DNA of 64,000 nucleotides, taken from contig OZ024743.1 of the NCBI GenBank assembly GCA_964016885.1, forward strand, positions 274,350,001 through 274,414,000, in the 5' to 3' direction. The notes under the pieces are model-generated. The model ran no database searches, had not been told where the DNA came from, and saw only the letters and a program-made list of their open reading frames with translations. This DNA comes from Eledone cirrhosa. Taxonomy: Eukaryota. Positions 57,028-64,000 of the stretch are shown in pieces (position 1 is the stretch's first letter; each line of letters begins with the position of its first letter). Position numbers and translations under genes: made by a program.

Positions 57028-57102
57028 ATGGTAGATTTTTGGACAAATCTTGAGTGGCCGGAACCATGTGACGCCTATACGTTTACAGCTAATCTCACCC
57101 AG
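57028..57102 (+). CDS. BAIAP3: BAIAP3/Munc13-4-family exon F (MVDFWTNLEWPEPCDAYTFTANLTQ)
   Basis: Acceptor ccttcttgttacAG, donor CAG|GTGAGG; 75 bp, phase 0-0; FWxxLxWP(D/E)P motif of MHD1. Confidence 0.92.
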
Positions 57103-57213
57103 GTGAGGGATTATATTTTTTTGTAGTTAACAATTTCTCTTATTACAAAATTTACTTTGATTAGAAGCAATTTTAAATAGTTTGACAGCGTTTAAGCAAG
57201 ACTTTTGTGACCC

Positions 57214-57274
<61 letters not shown>

Positions 57275-57386
57275 TTTCTCGCTCTCTCGTTTATATGTGA
57301 TTCAGTGAAGTGAATTACAACCACAACGTGTAGTTTTTATTGTCAGAATGAGCCTTCAAAGTACAGGTGTACACGAATGGTTGCAG

Positions 57387-57752
57387 CTCTCGGGTCCCAA
57401 ATGATATGAGGATGGCATAAGCGTGGGGTGGGAAATAAGCGGTCGGGTTGGAAATCGGTAATTTTTTTAGGTTGTCTCCGTTTATTTTTTTTAAAACCAG
57501 AATTAGTCGTTTAGTTTACATATTGAGACCATTCTATCTTATTTATTTTCTAGCGAATCGGATTTCTAGTAATCTACTTTTTGTCATGTATAATGTATTT
57601 AATGTCTAAAAAAAAAGTAATTGTCGCAGTAATGCTATCACTTAAAATAAAATTTCGCCGGAGATAAATTAGGAAAATTTAATAAGTAGGTAGGATTGGA
57701 AAAAGTCTGAAAAATTAATATATGGTAGGGCTGAATATTCGAGACCCGAGAG
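57387..57752. mobile_element. MITE-like element
   Basis: Imperfect TIR ctctcgggtcccaaat / attcgagacccgagag. Confidence 0.5.
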
Positions 57753-58467
57753 TTTCAGAGCAACACTAACTATACCTACATACGCTCATACGCACACACA
57801 CACATGTATATATATAATTACGTATTAGAAATGTCAATGACTCAAACTAGAATATCGTGCTTAAGCGGAAAACCGGATATCTGATAACATGCAAAACGAA
57901 AGTTACGGACATTGAATACACATATTAGACTAATCATCATAGCACAGTCTACTGAATCTATAAAACATTTTTTCTTGTAATTCCTTGACAATTAGTTCCT
58001 ATTATTGCTTCGGGATTCGCTAACAATTAACGCTAGGATTTTGGTTCCTTTCTTCAACTATGAGACAATTCTTAATTCATTAAGTATTCATTTTCTGTGT
58101 CATTCAATACATCATCACCCACTGAGTTATCATTTTATGTTTACAAAAAAAAAAAAAAAACGTTTTCCGAGTTTACAATTCATGTGTATCTAACAACAAT
58201 TCTTTTTACAAAAACTAATCTTACTGATATTGAATGAGTCATTTCATCAGTACATTTAATAGATAAGGCGAAAATAGAATGTTTTGCAGTATTTCTTAAC
58301 GCTTCGCTGAGCTCAAATTCCGCTGAGGTCAACTTTGTCTTTCATTTCGTCGAAATCGATAAATGAAATATCACTCAGGTAGTAGGGTAGATACTCTCTC
58401 TTTCTCTCTCAATATATCTTCCTCTCTCTTTCGCTCTCTCTCTCTCTCTCTCTCTCAATATCTCTCC

Positions 58468-58533
<66 letters not shown>

Positions 58534-58712
58534 CACACACACACATATATATATACACACACACACATTCACACACAGTCATCAGCGCTGTGAGAATGAC
58601 AGGACCACCAATTCCATTTTATTGTAGAATACTTGCATGGACACCAACGCTCTGATAGTGTGGAACCCGATTGTGATCCTGGTTTTATAGAAAACCATAT
58701 TCTATTTTTCAG

Positions 58713-58814
58713 AATATTTGCGACAACGCAGTAAGATATGCTGATTTGATCCACGATAAGCTGTGTGCGTCCGGATTTTATGACGAGGAAGGGCAGTTTG
58801 ATGTTTCGGAGCAG
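58713..58814 (+). CDS. BAIAP3: BAIAP3/Munc13-4-family exon G (NICDNAVRYADLIHDKLCASGFYDEEGQFDVSEQ)
   Basis: Acceptor ttctatttttcAG, donor CAG|GTAAAT; 102 bp, phase 0-0; YAD...GxYDEEGQFDVxEQ is characteristic of invertebrate BAIAP3-like proteins. Confidence 0.92.
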
Positions 58815-58844
58815 GTAAATACGTTTTCATTATTATTATTATCA

Positions 58845-59800
58845 TTAAGGGCGGTGAATTGGCAGTATCAGTAGAGGGTTGGACGCCATGCTTTCTAGCA
58901 TAGTTACGTCCCTTTACGGTTTGAGTTCAAATCCCGTCGAGGTTAACTTTGCCTTTCATCCTTACGGGGTCGATAAAATAAAGTACCAGTAGTGTACTGG
59001 GTAATTGCTGGCCTTGTGCCAAAAGTAGAAACAATTATTATCATTAAGGGCTGTGGATTAGCAGTATTGTTGGAGCACCGGACACCTTGCTTTGCAGAAT
59101 ATTTACGGCTCTTTACGTTCTGAGGTCAAATCCCGCCGAGGTTAGCATTGCCTTTCATCCTTATGGGGTCGATAAAATAAAGCACCAGTAACGTACTGAG
59201 GTCGATTTGATCGACTTTCCACTCCCCCCAAATTACTGGCCTTGTATTATTAAGGGCGGTGGATTAACAGTATCGGTGAAGCGTCGGAAACTCTGCTTTG
59301 TAGCATAGTTACAGCTCTTCACATTCTGAGTTCAAATCCGACCGTGGTTAGGTTTGCCTTCCATCCTTAGTGGTCGATAAAGTCGATAAAGTACCAGTAA
59401 TGCACTGAGGTCGATTTAATAGACTTTCCCCTCCCCAAAATTGTTGACCTTGAAACCATTATCATTATTATTTCCAATGAGGGTGGTGTGTTGGCAATAC
59501 AGTTAGAGCTTCGGACACCATGCTTTTTGACAGATAAGTTACGGCCTTTTGCGTTTTGAGTTCAAATACCACTCTGGATAGCTTTGCCTTTCATTCTTGC
59601 GCGATCGATAAAATAAAGTACCAGTAACGCACTGGGTCGATTTAATCGACTTTTCCCTTCCCTTCAAATTGCTGGCATTGTGCCCAAACTAGAAGCAATT
59701 GTTATTATTTCAAATCTCGCCACTACTCACTTTGACTTTCATCCTTTCGATGGTCAATAAAATAAGTACCAGTCACGTACTGGGTCGATACCATAGACTA
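58845..59800 (+). mobile_element. Head-to-tail array of about 5 SINE family A units
   Basis: Units start near 58846, 59045, 59251, 59478 and (partial) 59730; each has the B-box and/or core and ends in (TTA)n. Confidence 0.88.
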
Positions 59801-60189
59801 AAACCCCACGGCAATAAATCATTGTTATAGTCTTTTACGACGATGGATTCGCAGAATCATTAGTGTGTCGGACAAAATGCCTGCCGATATTAGCTCCAGT
59901 ACATTATATTCAATTTCGATTCCTCCGAGGTCTAATTTGATATGCATGTATAAGTATATATTGAACCTCTTCCCTCGGAATCACTGCTCTGCAAACTTTG
60001 CATATGAAACTTTTTTACAAAATTCACCACACATTGTAAATAGATTGAGCATAGTTTTCTTTGACCTTTTTATCTACAGATATCCTGCATACACATATGT
60101 CTCCTAGCGTGGATTTTTGTGGCAAAGTCTGTCATACCCCAGTAAGACAAACTGGCATAGTAGCTAGAACAGTTGAGCAATTTTCTGAC

Positions 60190-62300
60190 TTAAGGATTAA
60201 TTTCTACATATTAACATAATTGATATATTCGAGATAGACTACTCCGCCAAGAGCATACTTACTTTTACTCCAAAATGCTACTAGAGAATGTGGAGGACGT
60301 AGCACGATTTAACGGAGATATAGCAACTACCACCACCATGTCAACCATGTACCCACTCAAAATTAAATATTTAGCGGTCTTCAAAGCGGACGTCTTAGAT
60401 GTAATCGCTAACATCAAGTTCCGTAAGTATCATAGTTAAGAGATATTGAGAAATTTAGATCGGCAAATATTATTTTTGTTTTCTCTGACAAAACAAAGAA
60501 CTTATATGAAGCAAATAGAAATAGATATGATCAACTTATGTTAAGCTATATAACAAGTAAGTACCAGAAGGCCAAACCTGACACAATTTTATTAGCAATG
60601 AAGCCATAGAACTAGCTAGAAGCTTTAACATTGACAATAGACAAGAAAGGTTTGCTAAGCGTGATGCATTTATTACCCTGAAGAATCACAAATTGGATTT
60701 TAAGAACAAGCCATCCTGCATCCTCATAAACCCAGCAATAATAGAATTATGGCATGCCAGTTAGAAGATCTTAGGAGAAATCAACACATGCATTATAAAC
60801 AACATAAACCTGTTACTCTGGAACAATACATCAGGTATATTCTGGTTCAAAGATATCCCATCTAAGAATAGAGCTACATTCCCCCAAAATTGATATAACC
60901 AATTTCTACCACTCTATTACTAAACCTCTACTAGATAAGACATTAGACTTCACTCCTATCTTCGAACCAAGAACTTGACCTGATTTACCGCACACGAAGA
61001 ACACTTCTATTCAACAACGTCACCGCTTCGGTTAAACATTCCGACCTGGAATATCCATTCGACGTCTCGGTGGGATCATACGATAACGCCGATATATGTA
61101 ATCTTATTGGATCATACATACACCACACGTTTGAGCGTAAATTGCTCACCACACCATCGGTCTCTACCACTGCTGTGGTTTTTCTTTAGCCCAGGATTGC
61201 AGCGGGCACACTCTGGACAGATTCCGTAAAGATCTGATAGACACCTTTAGCACCCTAAGAATTAAGATTACAGTCAACACGAACCTCTCTAGCGCAGACG
61301 TTTTTTACATCAACCCGGACCTATGAACAGGAACACATACACTCTATCATAAACCGAATGAAAGGCTAAAATATATCAATAAAGGATCCTGCCACCTACC
61401 TAAGGTTTTTAAAGGCCGTAGAATCTCGAACTTATCGTCTTATAGAGAAATATTTGAGAAAGAAGCGCCGTACTGTAACTAGGGTCTCCGAGATAGTGGA
61501 TCCAGGGAACAGATGAAATACATGCCTAATAGAACCCCACCTAGAAATAAAAATAGAAAAAGAAAAATAATCTGGTTCGTGTCTCCTTTCTCATATAATA
61601 TAATGATTAATGTAGGTAAGACATTGTTACACTCTAATAAGCATTTCACACCACAACAAAGATACAGTAGAATATTCAATCGACGTTCTGACTGCAAAAG
61701 AAAACAGATGAGGATCCGGGATGTTTTTGCAGGAAAGAGACGACTGTCCATTACAACAACACTGTAATGTAAAATCCATAATATACGATACAGAGATCAA
61801 ATATTAAACAGCATCAAGCCAGAGAAAAATATGTAGTTATAGTCCAGGAGCGATTTAAGGAAAGGTTCTACTTGAACCTCTCCTATTTGGAAACCACAGT
61901 AGCGCTGACAAAAAGGGTCTAGCAACTAAACGAAAACGAAGTACGACATGACATTACAAGGAAAGTGCTCGAAAAATTCACACCGTACACAAGCGAAAAG
62001 AAGAGATACCCTCAACAGGAAATGTTGGACCTTGTAGGATTTATGCTCACCGGATACATATCTAAACTCTAAAATGGAGGTCTTTAGACATTGTTTGCAA
62101 CAGAAGGCCCACATTTTATCCAACTGGAAGCTCACACTGCAAGATACCCTATCACAGGACCTGCTAAATCCCCCGAGATAATATTCCTTTCTGCTACCTA
62201 TCCACGCAAAAAAACATTCGAAAACATCACATTCACACTAGATAAGTCTGTTGAATGTCACATTGCAGCCTAATGATTACACATGCAATCAACTTTTTAG
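60190..62300 (+). mobile_element. Heavily decayed near full-length Penelope-like element (RT plus GIY-YIG)
   Basis: DAFITLKNHK...PSCILINPA (about 60663), PFDVSVGSYDNADICNLIG (about 61055), RKRKIIWFVSPFS (ORF 61513), CFCRK...CPLQQHCNVKSIIY; same broad clade as the 8024 and 24 kb fragments; degenerate hammerhead downstream at about 62681. Confidence 0.85.
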
Positions 62301-62791
62301 ATAATCAGAGCTTAAGTGTTGAGGAATTATTAGAGGAGGCTTAAATATTTTCAATATCTTGTCTTAATTATTTTAAGCGTTTGAAATATTGCTGACAAGC
62401 CAGATTGCAAACAGCCAATTACAACCCCAAACGTTGCCTCACTTGATTCACCCAAAGTAAATACTTCGTCATCTCCTTTAGTAACGAACTCATTCAAGGG
62501 GTTAAGGTTTTTAGATAATTAGCACGCAACTCGTATCACACGCATACTACACACAGATAAATTAAAGCCGAGAGTTCAAATACTCTGGAATTACCTCCTT
62601 TATTTCCGAAATGAAACTCTCCTCTATCTAAAACTGAATATAGTCGGCTAAAGGAGATTCCTCTTTCATATATTTCTTCAACGCCTGGTGAAGGCCAGTT
62701 TAGAAGAATCCCCTACACTAAACAGTGTTGGCCATAACTGGACCCCGAAGCCAAGTTTGTGCATACATTTTAAGTGAGTGGAAATTTGTTT

Positions 62792-62826
<35 letters not shown>

Positions 62827-63231
62827 ACCATTTAAAATTTAGTTTGCTGTGTTCTTGTATTAATAATATCTTAACTGTTTTCAAACTAACATCTATATGC
62901 AAATTAATATTATCCATATGTGAAGCTACTTTTAAACAAGAGATCTAAATGGGTTTTGTTAGTTCTATATTCGCACAAAAGTGGTGAGAAGTTGGTTTCA
63001 ATCCACAATGAAACTATATTTTTTTAACATATTAGTAATGCTTTTAAAGGGTATTCAAATCTTTTAATTCCATGCTGAGTATGCTAGAAATTTTAAAATT
63101 CCATGCTGTTTACGACAGATTCGTATAATGGTTGCCAAAATAACTATAATAAGGAAATTAGGTGTGTATTGTCTGATATAAGAAATATTCAAATATATTG
63201 CTAGTAGGTAGTTTATTCAGCAACGCGATAG

Positions 63232-63328
<97 letters not shown>

Positions 63329-63339
63329 ATATAAATGTT

Positions 63340-63390
<51 letters not shown>

Positions 63391-63397
63391 ATATGTT

Positions 63398-63430
<33 letters not shown>

Positions 63431-63438
63431 ATATATAT

Positions 63439-63470
<32 letters not shown>

Positions 63471-63472
<2 letters not shown>

Positions 63473-63596
63473 CGTTTCTGAATTTGTTTAGCAAGATTCT
63501 TTATCTGAAATCGTGTGTTGAAACCGATATTGTTATACTTTGGGAGGGTCATGTTGCCAATATTGGCAACATGACCCTCCCAAAGTATAACAATAT
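63471..63596 (-). mobile_element. 126-bp fold-back mini-insertion of the 35860-40052 PLE terminus, with perfect 70-bp palindrome (63527-63596)
   Basis: 63471-63561 is the reverse complement of about 39960-40050; palindrome centred on ccaatattgg; (TA)n on both sides. Confidence 0.93.
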
Positions 63597-63645
63597 ATAT
63601 ATATATTTATATATATATTTATATATATATATATATATATATATT

Positions 63646-63680
<35 letters not shown>

Positions 63681-63735
63681 GTATATATATATATATATAT
63701 ATATATTTATGTATATATATATATATATATATATA

Positions 63736-63789
<54 letters not shown>

Positions 63790-64000
63790 AATATCTTTAA
63801 GTCGTTTAGAAGCCTCGACAATGCAAATGGGTAAATCTCCGGGTAACAAGGTCCGGTGGTGGAGAGAGATGTAAGTGGGTGTACGTTGAGATGCGTGGTG
63901 TGTATAAGATGTGTGAGATGTGTAGAATGAAGGGAAGAGTATAAAGGATAAAATAAAAATAACAACACAAGAGAGAGTTACCTTGGGAGAGATTTAATAG

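Overview
AT-rich, microsatellite-saturated eukaryotic DNA. The repeat repertoire (tRNA-head SINEs, RTE LINEs, Penelope-like elements, (TA)n/(CA)n/(TAGA)n arrays) points to an octopus-like cephalopod genome (inference). Almost all supplied ORFs are microsatellite artefacts. The host gene is mostly absent from the ORF track: seven short + strand exons (3483-3534, 31235-31270, 44526-44677, 49034-49157, 54674-54742, 57028-57102, 58713-58814) with GT-AG sites and matching phases splice into about 203 aa of the MHD1/MUN region of a BAIAP3/Munc13-4-family protein, so the window is essentially intronic. The introns hold decayed RTE and CR1-like LINEs, a DD37D maT-type transposon with an in-frame deletion, mariner remnants, a non-autonomous Helitron, MITEs, many SINEs and several Penelope-like element (PLE) families. 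The most striking signal is a dense PLE-linked system of three parts: about 11 recognisable and several degenerate minimal type I hammerhead ribozymes; asymmetric fold-back (hairpin plus 55-90 bp tail) insertions in (TA)n, ranging from a 126-bp element with a perfect 70-bp palindrome to 4-kb inverted elements; and several fold-backs whose axis sits in hammerhead stem II. All alignments and folds were done by eye; coordinates of decayed repeats are approximate.
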